Shown piece after piece: positions 1-13,192 of a stretch of DNA of 64,000 bases (position 1 is the first letter of the stretch; each line of letters begins with the position of its first letter). A program made the translations under genes and the position numbers. The notes below the pieces were generated by a model. That model did no database searches and had not been told where the DNA came from. It saw nothing but the letters and a program-made list of their open reading frames with translations. This DNA comes from Bugula neritina (lineage: Eukaryota > Animalia > Bryozoa): assembly GCA_964035545.1 (NCBI GenBank), contig OZ037767.1:31636628-31700627 (forward strand). The letters are read 5' to 3'.

Positions 1-310
1 GCGCTGCCGCTGTGATTGCTGCCGCTGTGACTGCTGCCCGCTTGCTATTCTGTAGATATACAAATGTCCCTTGAGAAGAATTATCAGTTTCAAATCAGCT
101 GCTAAATTAGAAGCTATACGTTCTGGTCACGATACTCGGGGTTGACGTCAGTCATGGGCTTTCACAACGTCATTGGATATTTCTGTACCTACTTCTCGGT
201 TACTGTGTTGATGTACTCACGCTTTCCTCCTCATTTCCTCCATTTCCTCTTTTGCTTTATCACTTCCTGTAGCATTTACTGTAAACCAACTCAATGTGTT
301 CATCTTTTAG

Positions 311-657
311 GTCTTCCTAATTATTGTGACCGCTATGGGGAGACTATAGTTAGAGTGAGCGAGACGTATGGACCCACCCCAACTTGGAAAGCTGATGACC
401 CGGTAACTCTAGATCTAAGGCTTTAAAAGTTTCATGCATGTTCTTGTTGCTCGTTACTGTTGCTAGTTATTGTTGCTAGACACTGTTGCTAGTTACTGTT
501 GCTAGTTATAGTTGCCTATTGTTGTTGCTGGTTTCAGGTAATACAGGAAATCCAGCGTCAGTTCGATGCCGTTGGTCTGGGAGTTGACCAACTGCCCGCC
601 AGACGAGCGTGGAGAGATGAGAATCTCGCTAGACTTGCTAAGCTGAAACAAGAGTGA
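311..657 (+). CDS. CRYL1: Lambda-crystallin homolog (L-gulonate 3-dehydrogenase), last two coding exons 311-402 and 538-657; upstream exons lie outside the window
   Basis: ttttag|GT CTT..CCG|gtaact and tttcag|GTA..TGA give GLPNYCDRYGETIVRVSETYGPTPTWKADDP + VIQEIQRQFDAVGLGVDQLPARRAWRDENLARLAKLKQE*. This matches the recalled CRYL1 C-terminus (G..YCDRY....V..TFGP.P ... L.ARR.WRDE.L.RLAKLK). Phases are consistent. Confidence 0.85.
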
Positions 658-1138
658 GGAAAGACAACTCCGGACACACAATACTTACTAGTTGAAGGCA
701 TCTATACTAGATTATAGACACAGCACAGCTCATATCTAACTTTACCTACCAGAGAATTATTATGGCTTACATTACACATTACATTATTATCTTTTTGGCC
801 GCAACACGGGTTTTGTATACAGGACATTTTACTTTTTTCAAATAATCATTTATTTTGGCTTAAGTCTGCTTTGCTATTTTTATGCTTTTGAAATCTAAAA
901 TAAATTGCTTTTATCATTTGTGTCATCCACTAAATTGTGGCCTTGTGGTTGTCTTTCATAAGGCTAATGGGTGAATATGTAATAGAGTAAAGCATCACTT
1001 GAAATCAATACATCTTCTGCGTTGATGAGGGTTAAACAACTGTCTTCCACTCAGAGTAATGAACTATCTATTTATAGAAGGCAACATGTTAATTAATTAG
1101 ACTGCCCACAATGCATATAACTCATAGCTTTATACTAT

Positions 1139-1312
1139 ACATAAATATATATATAATATATATAAATATATATATAAGATATATAATATATATAACATAT
1201 ATATAATACATATATGTTATATATACAGTATATATATATGTTATATATACAGTATATATATATGTTATATATACAGTATATATATATGTTATATATACAG
1301 TATATATACAGT
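1139..1312. repeat. TA-rich low-complexity repeat with ~24-bp period (tatatatatgttatatatacagta)
   Basis: Directly visible; it explains the Y/I-rich ORFs at 1122-1412. Confidence 0.9.
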
Positions 1313-2478
1313 ATAAATGTGTGTGTTGACAATCAGGCAACTGATGAGAAAATAATATATTATATAAATTATGCATTAAGAAATACATATATAAATATAT
1401 AATCCAGCCCACATATATTGTAGAATTGTAGTTACATTTCTCCTACACATGAGTATTGTGACTTTCAAATGTCAAGAGTCATTATTTAAATCTAATTTGT
1501 AAGACCATGGTGTCCTCAATATCGAGTTGATAAGCATTTTATATTAGTGACTGCCATAACCTTGTGTTAAACTCTCTCTCTCTTACAGAAATATAGAGTG
1601 GCTGTGGTCTAGAAACCGCAGTCACTTGGAGAATGTTTATGGATTATTTTCTTCACCTTGTAGTTTGACTTCAGTTGCATTCAACAGCTGGTTAATAGCT
1701 GGTTTATGTTACAGTTTTGTGTACATCTATTAATTATATCACCTTTTGTAAGATTATAATTATATCTAATTATACCTTAGGTTATTTAGAGCCCTTGTGT
1801 TACCTCTGTCAACACCGCTCATCTTACAACATGTACTATAAATTAATCTAGCAGCTTGTTCATCAAGCTTCTTTGGCTCTGGTATAACTTTAGCGTATCA
1901 ATGATTATTTCCCTCAACTCCATCCACTCGTTACATGTTAGAGTAGTTACCAGCCTATTATACTACCTATTACTTGCAGCACTTAGTGCACTCAATCTCA
2001 AAGAAATAGACGAGGTATTCAATTAAAACACTGTTGATCTAAAGGAGAGATCGGCATCTTTTAGTAATGTCATATGATGAGGTTTGTCCTGCATGTGACA
2101 CGGCGCTCACCAGTGAAGGAGTCTCTAACAGGCAGCATCAGGCAGCAGGCAGCCGCCTCCTTAGAACAACTAAAGTCTTTCATTTGTCAAATGGACAACA
2201 TATGAGGAATTTCGTAAATAAATTCTTCACTTGTAAATAGTCAGCAAGTAATGATTGGGGCAAGAAAGCATGTTAGTCATGATGAGCTAAGCATATTTAC
2301 TTAGTTACCATAGCAACATGAACCTATCAATACCTTGACAATATTATTTCCTTAAAACTTGCCCCAAGAATCTAACTTTTATTTGCTAATTTTCCAAAGC
2401 AAACATCTATAGGCTGTAGTGTGTGTTTTATTAACACTGTTGCGTTTAAGTAGGCTAAAATACAACATATTGTAGAAC

Positions 2479-2895
<417 letters not shown>

Positions 2896-3015
2896 ACATG
2901 CGTGAGTGTGTGTGTGTTTTAATAATATATTACTATTACATACTCATAGAAATTATATAGTTAGTGCATACAAAATTGTCATCATGTATATCCTGTGTCT
3001 TACTCATGACTGAAA

Positions 3016-3170
3016 CTACTGCTACGGCATTACCTATTGGTTACATAGTAATATGAGCTACTGCTACGACATTATCTATTGGCTGCATTGTATTATAAAC
3101 TATTGCTACGACACTGCTTATTGGCTGCATTGTATTATAAACTATTGCTACGCACTGCCTATTGGCTAAA
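3016..3170. repeat. ~42-bp tandem repeat (~4 copies), each with an inverted CCAAT (ATTGG) motif, just upstream of the ILP1 TATA
   Basis: Unit actaYtgctacg..a...cYtattggYt repeated, with attgg at ~3035, 3078, 3120 and 3161. Confidence 0.8.
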
Positions 3171-3210
3171 TGGTGGTATCTTTTACTATCACGTTTCAAT
3201 GAGGCTCATA

Positions 3211-3218
3211 TATATAAG
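3211..3218 (+). promoter_or_regulatory. Putative TATA box of ILP1 (TATATAAG)
   Basis: Followed by a short non-coding exon (candidate donors at ~3295 or ~3355) and an acceptor tttttcttctacag ending 3525, just before the ATG. The same layout recurs in ILP2, ILP4 and ILP6. Confidence 0.5.
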
Positions 3219-3530
3219 CACAGCTTGTTGAATATATTTTCAATTATATTTTAGAGTTCCTTTTGACAGCATTAAACCAGCTGGAGATATTCAGGTCAAG
3301 TACTAAAAGAGAAACTTAAATAGTACTTTAAATACTCAAGTCTAAGTGCTACTTGGTAAGTGAGTGAATTGCCTAGTGCATGCATGCAATGCTGTGCAGT
3401 ATCTTAGAATATTTTTAAAATTACTTCCTTTTAGTCTTAGCTTATATAACCAATGAGCTGTAAATACAATCAACAAGTTCCTTCACTGAAATATTGTAAG
3501 TAAAATATTTATTTTTCTTCTACAGACAAT

Positions 3531-4845
3531 ATGAACAAGCAAGCAGTGTGCATGGTCTGTACCCTTGTTCTCTGCTCTATCATTACGACCAGTTGGACTC
3601 AGTCATACGGCTACGGCTATGACTATGGGTACGGCTATGACTACTATGCGTCATATTTTGAGCATGAATGTTCTTTTCAAGACTATCAACGCCATGGAGT
3701 TTCGGATGCCTCCACGTGTTCAGCAAAACTATCCAGCCATATCGTTAATGTTGTATGCAATGGTAACCCGTTCATCAACAAGAGGGCATGTGAGCACTAA
3801 CTCTATATTTATAATGCAACTATAAATGTTGTGAGAAAATATGAAAATGTTGTAAATAACTTTCATTATTGTTTTCAGCATTGTGGAGGAAATTCTATCA
3901 AATATTTTACTAAAGGTCCTCATCTCGGGCAGAGGCTTAACTTGGCATTTCTCAAATTAATGGAGTCCCCGAATGTTTTAGCTAATAAAAGGACTCTATA
4001 AGCCAAATTTATGAAATTTATTATGATCCAAAGAGTTGTGATTCTGCATATTATAGCACGTAAAGCGACATTATTAACAAGCTCTTCCAAGCTGATTGAG
4101 AAAATTCAACTACAAATTCTTTCCTGTACAGTAATTACATGTGAGTTGTAAATGGCAAAAAGTCATCATGGAGTCTGGCATCTGGCAAACATGAAGTTTA
4201 ACTGCAGTTTTTAGGCAATAAACAGATTTAAAATGTAGGAAAATAAAAGACTTGAAGTTAGAAGAATTGATCAATGTTTGTTTAACACATATGCATGTCT
4301 TTCCTATTATAGTCGATGGTGATTCCAAGAGCCAACCAAAAGTTAGCCGAGACATCTTTGTGTCTAAGAATCACTCTAATGAGTTTTTTAATCCAAAGAG
4401 AAATGAGCATGAGATGTCTGCATATGGAGTAGTATGCGAGTGCTGCATAAACCCATGTACTATGAGCGAGATGCAGGCTTACTGTGCTAAGAAACGGAGA
4501 AGGCGATCTGCCCACCAGGGAAGTACTCCTATCTACACCAGATCTATGCTGGAAGAGTTTCAACAACTTACTTCTTCCTCTCCTTCTCTTAGTTTGCAAG
4601 ATTTAGCCCAGTCCCCATTGGTACAGGCATTAAACCAGCAGAAGATCAGAAACAGTCAGAGAGAAGGCAATTCCAAACGAGAAGACAACTCCTTTGAATA
4701 CAGCGACTCGACTGAAGTGCTACCAGAAGGCGTGGACAAATATAACCCTGATGAAACGACTAGCAGATCTCCTGGACAGAAACTTTTTACAAAAAAAAGT
4801 AGCATACTTCGTAGGATATGGCAAGCTCTCACTGAGAACTATTAA
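3531..4845 (+). CDS. Insulin-like peptide precursor 1 (mollusc MIP/Aplysia-insulin type, 8 Cys) with long C-terminal extension; exons 3531-3789, 4313-4845; 263 aa
   Basis: Signal peptide MNKQAVCMVCTLVLCSIITTSWT; B chain ..FEHEC..TCSAKLSSHIVNVVCNG..KR; phase-1 intron (T|gtgagc ... tattatag|TC); C peptide ending FFNPKR; A chain GVVCECCINPCTMSEMQAYC (CC-X3-C-X8-C plus extra Cys); KKRRRR, then extension. Confidence 0.93.
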
Positions 4846-6315
4846 AATGTTATATAAAAATCTCTTTAAAATCTTGTTTTGGAAAATTATTAAAATATTC
4901 TTTGTTCTTTGTTAAACTCATTTTTTTAAAAATTTAGTTTTGCACTTCAATCTCAGTTTTTGTTTTTTCTCAATTATTGCATTTATTCCCATAATTATTT
5001 AATATTATTTTAGCAAGTTGTAGCACATATACAGCGAATTATTGTTCAATCAATTTTGTTTGTACTACATATAGATTGCTATTTGCATTTGTTGTATTGT
5101 ATAAATTAAATAATATAGTAGATAATTGCTAGTAGACTATTTGTTAGAATTGTTTCTAATACTCATAATAACATCAATAGATAGAAAGTGATGACAACTC
5201 CATAGTTGTTTTTCACCCAGTGAATGTGAATTCTTGACTTCCACTAGTAGAATTTTCAACTTGACAAACTTTAAGTAACGCTTTGGTAGCTAATGCATTA
5301 TATTTTAGACTGCAAAAGGTCCTTTATTGCTCAGAGCTGGCGCCAGACATAGTCTACACTCTACTATATTGTAGACTCTAGGCAGCATATATAATATAAT
5401 ATGAGTTTACGTCAGCTAACTGGAGTAACTAGAAACTAAACTAAACACATCAAAAGCAAAGATTAAATATAAAAAAGAAAGCAAATACACTAATGAATTT
5501 TTCATGATAGGAAGACAACTTACACATAGTAGTGAATAAATACTAGCTATAGAATTAGTAAAATAATTCCTTGCATTTTTCAGTTTGCTAGCTAACCAAC
5601 TGTAACTTATAGGCCATAGGGCATAGTATGTAATATAATGTGTTGGAGTTAGCTTTCCTTACTTCTATGATTGTAAAATCATTAATATGTTTATTATGGT
5701 GCTTGTTGGAACTATAAGTAGTTGGTAGCAGCTACCCAGTTCCATAATCTTTTCTATATAGTCCAACAACTCAAAAATGCTTGAAATGCTTTGAGTATAC
5801 TAGTTAACATAGTGTACAAGATTGAGATTTCTAAAAATTAACTACAAGTCAGTTTTATTTCAATAGTTTAGCAGTTGCAAGCTATTGTAAAACAGTTCCA
5901 GTTCTTGAGAAGAAATTTTTTACACAGTTACTATTTATATGTGGTTACTATTTATACATGGTTACTATTCATACATGGTTACTATGTCATTACGACAATT
6001 TTTTATTCATATTTGCTTTCTCTGGTAACATCTTTTAAAAAAAAAAAATAATAATTAGAAAATAACTGAAATACTGCGAAGCCACAAAGCCACTGATAAG
6101 TGGTGGTCAATTAACTCAAAGAGGTCTGCAGGCCTTGTTATATATTAGCTAAACTGAATGAGCCCGGAGTAGATGTGAGCATTGCCTGCCCAAGTAATGA
6201 GATAAGGAGATGTCTATAGTATGATGTGTTGTGGTAGTACAGAAGAGTCACAGACACTTGGCAAGTAAACAAGTTGATTAGATCTCAGCACATTAACTTC
6301 ACTGAAAGACGACCA

Positions 6316-6323
6316 TATAAAAG
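6316..6323 (+). promoter_or_regulatory. Putative TATA box of ILP2 (TATAAAAG)
   Basis: Consensus TATA; Inr-like catcactt ~28 nt downstream; donor cat|gtgagt at 6386; acceptor tttcag at 6720 before ATG 6744. Confidence 0.6.
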
Positions 6324-6743
6324 CAGTCTGACCACCAGATAACATCACTTGTATCCACCCTAACATGCTGATGGACAGCACACATGTGAGTATGTCTTTT
6401 AGCAGCCGACAGTCTGCTTCATATTGAATATGGAAATAAAAATAGGTTTGAAAATTTGACTAATAGTTTGACTGTGAGTTATTGTAACAAAATTTGAAAT
6501 TGTTTAGGCCATCTTTGATCAGAGTAATAGAAGTTAATTGGGAAAGTTGTGAATCTGTCATAAGATACTGAATAGACAGAATATGTCAGGCATGCTTGGC
6601 TATGGGTGTAGTGTAGCTATTTGGTTACAAGTAGGCCTACTATATTATCATTATGCTGTTTATTATATCATATAATTTATATTCATTGTGGTATGTTATT
6701 CCACTTTTATTGAATTTCAGTTGTGAAGGCAGCATAGAGCGGA

Positions 6744-7533
6744 ATGTTCGTTAGGTGCTTGATATTACTGCACTGTGTACTTTCTGGTGTTGTCTCCCTT
6801 GAAAGAATATGCCATATAGATGATCGGTCTAACAAGGACCCCGGGCTATGTAGAAGGAGACTGCAGCTATATCTCTCCAGGATATGCAATGGAGACATAA
6901 CTCCAACCAAACGCAACCACTTCACAGGTACGCTTCACAACAGTATTGTTGGAAACTATGAAACTAAACTCTACTAGATGATTTATTGTTCATGTAGAAT
7001 CATGTGGCATTCTGAAATGCCAAGTTTTGAAAAACTGAATCAAAGCAAATCTAAGGAGATGTTTAGGATGATAAACAAACTGTTTATGGTACACAAAAAT
7101 CTAATTCGAATGACATATTGTTTATAATTCAGAGCAACTCAGTGAGAGCGAGCAGAATCCGGCTACAACAAATCCGATTTCCGGTATTTCTTCCAGCAGA
7201 GAAACAGCTAATGCCTTCTTAAACCATTCTAAACGACAGCAGGCTGAGAGTGACGATGCTGACATGTTTAGCGGCATAATCTGTGAGTGCTGCTTCCATC
7301 CATGTTCGGAATATGAGCTAAGTGAATATTGCGGCAGCAGGAGGCGGAGAAAGAGGTATACGAGCCAACAGATTGAAGAGTTTGAAGCTCAACTCAAATC
7401 GCTCCCAAAATATCCCACTTTTGAGCAAATGGCCGCCTCACCAGCTGTTCAAGCATTGAACAGGCAGAAGAGAATAAACGTGACGCAAAGAGATGAAGAT
7501 GAGACAGCAACGTCTGCATCTAAGTTCAGCTGA
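6744..7533 (+). CDS. Insulin-like peptide precursor 2; exons 6744-6927, 7133-7533; 194 aa
   Basis: Signal MFVRCLILLHCVLSGVVS; B chain LERIC..GLCRRRLQLYLSRICNG..KR; phase-1 intron G|gtacgc ... aattcag|AG; C peptide ..ANAFLNHSKR; A chain GIICECCFHPCSEYELSEYC; RRRRKR plus extension; AATAAA at 7741. Confidence 0.93.
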
Positions 7534-8524
7534 CTGAGTCATGTCTTCTGAGAAGGCGTGGCTATAACTTCCCCATATGAATACAAGTATGTCAAGTTCA
7601 GCATGACAAGTGTAGTATTGTCAGCTTTGTCATGCCTTCAAACATTGGATAAACAGTTGAGAAACAATTGAAAAAACAGCAGATCAAAGACAGCAGCTGA
7701 TAGACTAGCTTAATTATGTTGTGGTTAATGTCTAATAAGAAATAAACAACTTGTCAATAGAAAAACCTGTTTGTTTCTGTAATATATAACTACAAATATC
7801 TATTTGATTCACTGTATTGTAAGACTAATTATTCAGTTTAACTTTCTGAGTCTACAAATTAATAAGAAAAAAGTAAAACTTGTAAAATAAGAAAATATAG
7901 CTAAAAAAAGTTCACTTATAATTAACTGTAATGATTACATTAGATATATCAACATTGTAGTATAACATCGTAATAGCGTAATAAGAATATTCATATTATT
8001 ATGGTCATGTAGAAGCCATTAATTGACATTTATTTATGAAAGAAAAACATGAATAACAGCAAAAATTCTCTCCATCATTTTGAATACAATAATACTGATA
8101 TTTTATGTAAGTACTTGAAGACAACCAAATGCCAATTTCAATGTACTTCTACTTGCGGCAGTTCTTTCCCTATCAGTATTGACATCAGTGGGCTGACAAG
8201 AGAAGTTTAATTCCAATCTGGCAGCAACTTTAGTCTGGCAGCCAGCTGACACAATAGGATTTTCTTCAAGACACAATAGAGAGAGAAGGGGGGGGGAAGG
8301 GGTGTAGGGACTGGACTTTGATGTCACTCTCACGTGTGTACTCTCAGGCTCTTTCTTATCTCAGCTGCCAAAGGATATGCAATAACTCACAGCTCACAAA
8401 CCAGTGTTCAGATTTTTGTTTACTTCATGTTGGCCGCTGTGCTGTGATAAGAAGTTAAATACAAACCTCATATAAGTCAAACACCCTAAAATAGTTATGT
8501 AACAACAAGCTGCTAAACTCTGAA

Positions 8525-8625
8525 ATGTCTGTCTGTCTGTCCGCCCGTCTGTCTGTATGTCTGTCCATTTGTCTGTCCGTTCGTCTGTCCGTTCGTCCGT
8601 CCGTCTGCCTGTCTGTATGTATGTA

Positions 8626-8660
<35 letters not shown>

Positions 8661-8665
8661 TTGTG
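8525..8665. repeat. (CTGT)n-type tetranucleotide microsatellite
   Basis: Visible gtct/gtcc repeats. Confidence 0.9.
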
Positions 8666-10829
8666 TACAGAGGGACAATAACACTTTATCTATCTAGTTC
8701 TATCTGGTTCTATATACGCCGGAAGTCATGGTAGAAAATGACAGCTGACTAAGAAAGCAGCACCCATCAAGTCATCTTTGTGTCAATAAGACTTCCAGCT
8801 TGCCAAACTTGGCAGAATGTTATTGGATTTTTGTATTTGTCAGAGGCCCTTTTGAGGGTTCTACAGAGGCCTCTTTTAGGTAACTCATACAAGGCATGTG
8901 TTCACCATAGCCACCTCTTTCTCCTCCTAAATTCTGCCACATTGTTAACATTCTCACCCAGTCTGTAGACTGCTACTCTGCACTGTACTGCGTTGCATCT
9001 GTTTACATCAAAATATTTACATGTCATCATTGTTTAGCTGCCTTCCAGTATTTCACATGTTTGCAAGCTACTAAACTATTTTCAATGACAAAACAATGTA
9101 CACTTATTTCACCAGCTTCTGTCCAAGTAATGCAACTCCTATGCCTATGCCTGTGGTATTGGTATTAAAACAGAGGTATATATACAGCAACATCACCGCA
9201 TGTACAACTTCTGAACCCCAGGCTTTACTGCTGGAATATCTACATAACTGAAGACACAACTTATATCCACTAAACTTAGATCAGGTGTGAAGCAGATGCA
9301 GAAAGGGAGGAATTTGAATAGGTATTTTATTAAGAGGAAATCTACTGAATGCTCCCCCACACCCCCCCTCTCGCCCCCTCCCTCCTCCCCTTCTGTTGGA
9401 TTAGTCACCTCTGTATTTGCTGCTCTGTAGAAACCTAGGAGTACAAGCAGCTGCTAAATTGGCTAGACTGAGGTCCAAAACTTTAACATATTATGTTAAA
9501 TTGTTTGATTTTAACATTTAACCCATAGCAGCACTAACTGAAGGTTTCAACTTTTGATCCAATATTCTCAACAATTAATGTTCAAAGATTAATTAATTCT
9601 CTAAACTTCAACATAATATCTTGAAATTTCTTTATTCAAGTTTTTTCATAAAATCCATTCATCAGTTCAAATTTCTTAAAATATAATATGTAATATAAAA
9701 TATATAATACAATTCTAGAACAATATAAATATTATATTATTGTATTTTCACCAACATCAAACAGTGCTGGTATTAAATAACAGAACTTCAAATTTACAAC
9801 CATGTTCACTGAACCTAATTTTTCAAAAATTAGTATATCGGATGTGAAGGACCTAATTCTGCCATGAATTAGGTGAAATTAACGGGTAGGATTTGTTGTT
9901 TTATTACAAATTTTGCATTTTGCTTTAATTAAAATAATTTTCGGATAGTTAATTATAGTATAGTAGTATTCAATTTTAATAAATATTATAAAAGCTACAG
10001 CCAGAAGATTTATGATTATAAAGATTTCTACTTTTGTATCTACTTATATGTTATAGCGATTATTTAGCTTACTTAAAGATTCTAACAAGCTTTGTAAAAG
10101 CCAAGTCATTTGTTCATATAATATAGTTGAGTTTAAATGTTTAATTCCTATCAGATGGCAAATCTGATAGGAATTAATATGTTAATCAGATAAACTAATT
10201 ATGCCATTGAAAAGTTCAAATAACTATTAGCGAGTGAATTAAGAATTCCGTCACATACTTTTTATAAATGGGTATTTGGGAAATCCGGTAAGGAAATGAT
10301 AATCACTTTGATTCGAAACAATGTCTAGCATTTATGTATTGTTACATTATACTATATCACAATACAATGTCTAGCACTTGTGTGTTGTTACTTTGTATAC
10401 TATATTATAATACAATGCTGATTAAAGCACATGTATCAATAAAACAAATAAACTAACTTGCTACGAAAAGTGGCATGACAAGTTATAATATTAGTAACAG
10501 AATAAATTTGCAGCAGAATATTTTGATATTTGTCCTTTTCTACTGACAGTTAGTCTAAAGTTTAAACTAATAATTATTGTGAGTTGCAGGAGCATACAAC
10601 TCCATTATTGCACCAGCTTTACCAAAGTCACTATATTATATTACATTCAATTTACTTCACTACAAAAGCATCATTTTACTAAATTCTTCTCAAATCATAG
10701 TTTTGTATAAAATTAATAAACAAATGAATATAGCTATATTATAGTAAAAGTATTTGCTGTATTATATTGGCGGCGTAGCTATATTATAACAGCTAGTATT
10801 AAGGCTATGTTATATTGTCATACTTTCGT

Positions 10830-10967
10830 TATATTATATTATATTATATTATATTATACTATATTATATTATATTATATTATATTATATTATATTATATT
10901 ATATTATATTATATTATATTATATTATATTATATTATATTATATTATATTATATTATATTATATTAT
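10830..10967. repeat. (ATATT)n pentanucleotide microsatellite
   Basis: Visible. Confidence 0.95.
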
Positions 10968-11914
10968 AGTACATCTTCATAATGTATTATTATAAGATTT
11001 AGAGAATATTAAAAAACAATTAAACATAGATGTACTCTATTTTGAAATAATAACATTGAATAAACTTTGCTGTTACCGGAAAAATACCTGATTTCATACG
11101 TGTATTTGTATTACAGCAAAAAGGAATTACGAGTAGTACGTTCTTCTTGTCAATGACCGCTAAAGGAAACTAACCCTGTGTAAGGTCTTTTCAACTGAAC
11201 CAAGTTAGCTCATTTGAAACTTTATAAAGAATCATTAAAGACTTGGCTAGTTCTTTACTTACTTGAAGAAAATGCAAATCAGGACATTTTACAATATAAT
11301 TATATAGATATATAGTATGTGTATGAAACATATATTATATTGCATCTTCATCTCATATAGTTTATATATTTAACAGCATATTTCAAGTTCTTCTTTACCA
11401 TATAATTTGGGTATAGCTAAGCTAACATTTAGCTGCAGTAATTATACCCTTAGCTTCAAAGTGTAGCCAGTCTCGGGATCTTACTTAGCCTCAGAACCTG
11501 GTTACATAATATCTGCTTGCTCATTGGTCAACTTAGTGGTCTGTGTAACTGCAGAGGTCTCTGCAGCTACCATGTAAGCTTTCTAAATATATTATACGAG
11601 ACAAATCACTGTACACTGTCAACTATATTCTATTGTGTAAAGAGCAAAATTGTCTGTTATAATATTCTTTCAAGTGAAATTTACACTCAAGTAATTACTT
11701 CATAGAAACTGTATGAATCTTGACTTGAGCATAAACTGCACTATGTTTCACATAAAACTGTAGGCTGCCCAAAGAGCTTGAGCAAAACAATAAACTATAT
11801 TGAAGTAATTATTACAACTCCTTGTTTATTCTGTAAGGCTTGTGAGTAAATCCTTCAAGATTAAAATGTTATTTTGAAATTTAATATCCTAAGAAGGTCA
11901 TTTTACTTTTAGAA

Positions 11915-13192
11915 ATGAAATATGAATTTGCAATACTATTCTTGAGTGATAATAATTTGGTGTATGTTTGGAGGCACTTCTGCTGAAGAATACAAAGTGT
12001 GTAGTATCAAAGATTCCCCAACCCCAGAGGAATGTGTGGGGCGGAGGTTTTCAAACAGATTTATGCAATATGCAATGGAAACATATATTTCGCTGGCTCT
12101 CTGACCAGCCCAGGTAAACCAAATGTTCAGCCACATGCATCTCTGTAACTTCACTATAGCCAGAGTGGTATCTATACCAGCACTGCTAGCACTAGTTTGT
12201 ATGGCTGATGGTGAAGCTAAAGAGTTGTCTTCTATTGTGGCAAAGAAGCAACCATGACTGAATTCCCTTCTAGCTAACATCACCAATAGTCTTAGCTAAC
12301 AACCAAAACTAATAGTTAATACCCATAGCTAATAACCAAAACTAATACTTAATACCCATAGCCAATAACCAAAACTAATACTTAATACCCATAGCCAATA
12401 ACCAAAACTAATACTTAATACCCATAGCCAATAACCGCTAACAATAACTGACAACTAAATTAATAAAACAGAACTGATTTATTGCCACCACTTTATGATT
12501 ATGTATCAAGCTGAGACCTTCACTTCTGGTGTCAAAGATTTAGAGCAAGTGTTGTCACAAAATCTGTCACAATTGCTGTCACAATTTCTGTCGCAACTGT
12601 TGCCACGTGTTATAAAGTCAAGCTACATCTGTACAGATATTGTGTAGTTACTATAGACTAATGTCTGTAGAGGATTAAATATTTCTTTTTGTTGAGATTC
12701 GTGATGGTTTGTTTAAAACTGTGTTGGTGGTCTTTTATGTTAATGATCAAGTCTGTGCAAATATAATGGAATAATCTATAAAGAGTCATATTGACTGTGT
12801 TTATAGTAACATTCATACTTTCAGACCGGAAAGCAATTCAGCCCCAAGTATCTGATATTTCCTCCAATAGAAATGCTGCTAATTCGTTCCTAAGTCAATC
12901 AAAGCGCCAGTTTGAGTATTTGGAGGATGAGCGAGATGCCAGAATGATGGGGATCTACTGCGAGTGTTGCATCCGTACCTGTACCTTAGAGGAAAAGCAA
13001 GAGTATTGCGGCAGCAAGAGGCGGAGAAAGAGGTCAGCCAGCAAACTGGTCAAAAGGTTTGAAGCTCAACTAAAATCTCTTCCAAAATATCCTACTTTTG
13101 AGCAAATGGCCATCTCACCCGCTGTTCAAGCATTAAACAGGCAGAAAAGAATAAACGTGAGACACAAAGGGATGAAAATGAGACAGCAGTAA
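11915..13192 (+). pseudogene. Insulin-like peptide 3, frameshifted (probable pseudogene or assembly error); exons 11915-12113, 12825-13192
   Basis: The ATG 11915 frame stops at 11984. Removing one base near 11945 and adding one near 12015 restores MKYEFAILFLVIIIWCMFGGTSA-EEYKVCSIKD.PNPRGMCGAEVFKQIYAICNG, with donor G|gtaaac at 12114. The second exon has an intact A chain GIYCECCIRTCTLEEKQEYC. A further 2-nt insertion near 13160 shifts the tail relative to ILP2. Confidence 0.8.
12290..12435. repeat. 33-bp minisatellite in the ILP3 intron (atagccaataaccaaaactaatacttaataccc)
   Basis: ~4 visible copies. Confidence 0.9.

Noticed and set aside
1-266. Apparent minus-strand exons (221-266 and 1-49) encoding an E/K/Q-rich peptide
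   Set aside because: They lie inside the plus-strand CRYL1 intron, are low complexity and show no recognisable homology.
7534-11914. Possible seventh ILP remnant in the long ILP2-ILP3 spacer (hydrophobic stretch ~8136-8195)
   Set aside because: No in-frame ATG, an early stop, and no Cys framework or A-chain exon.
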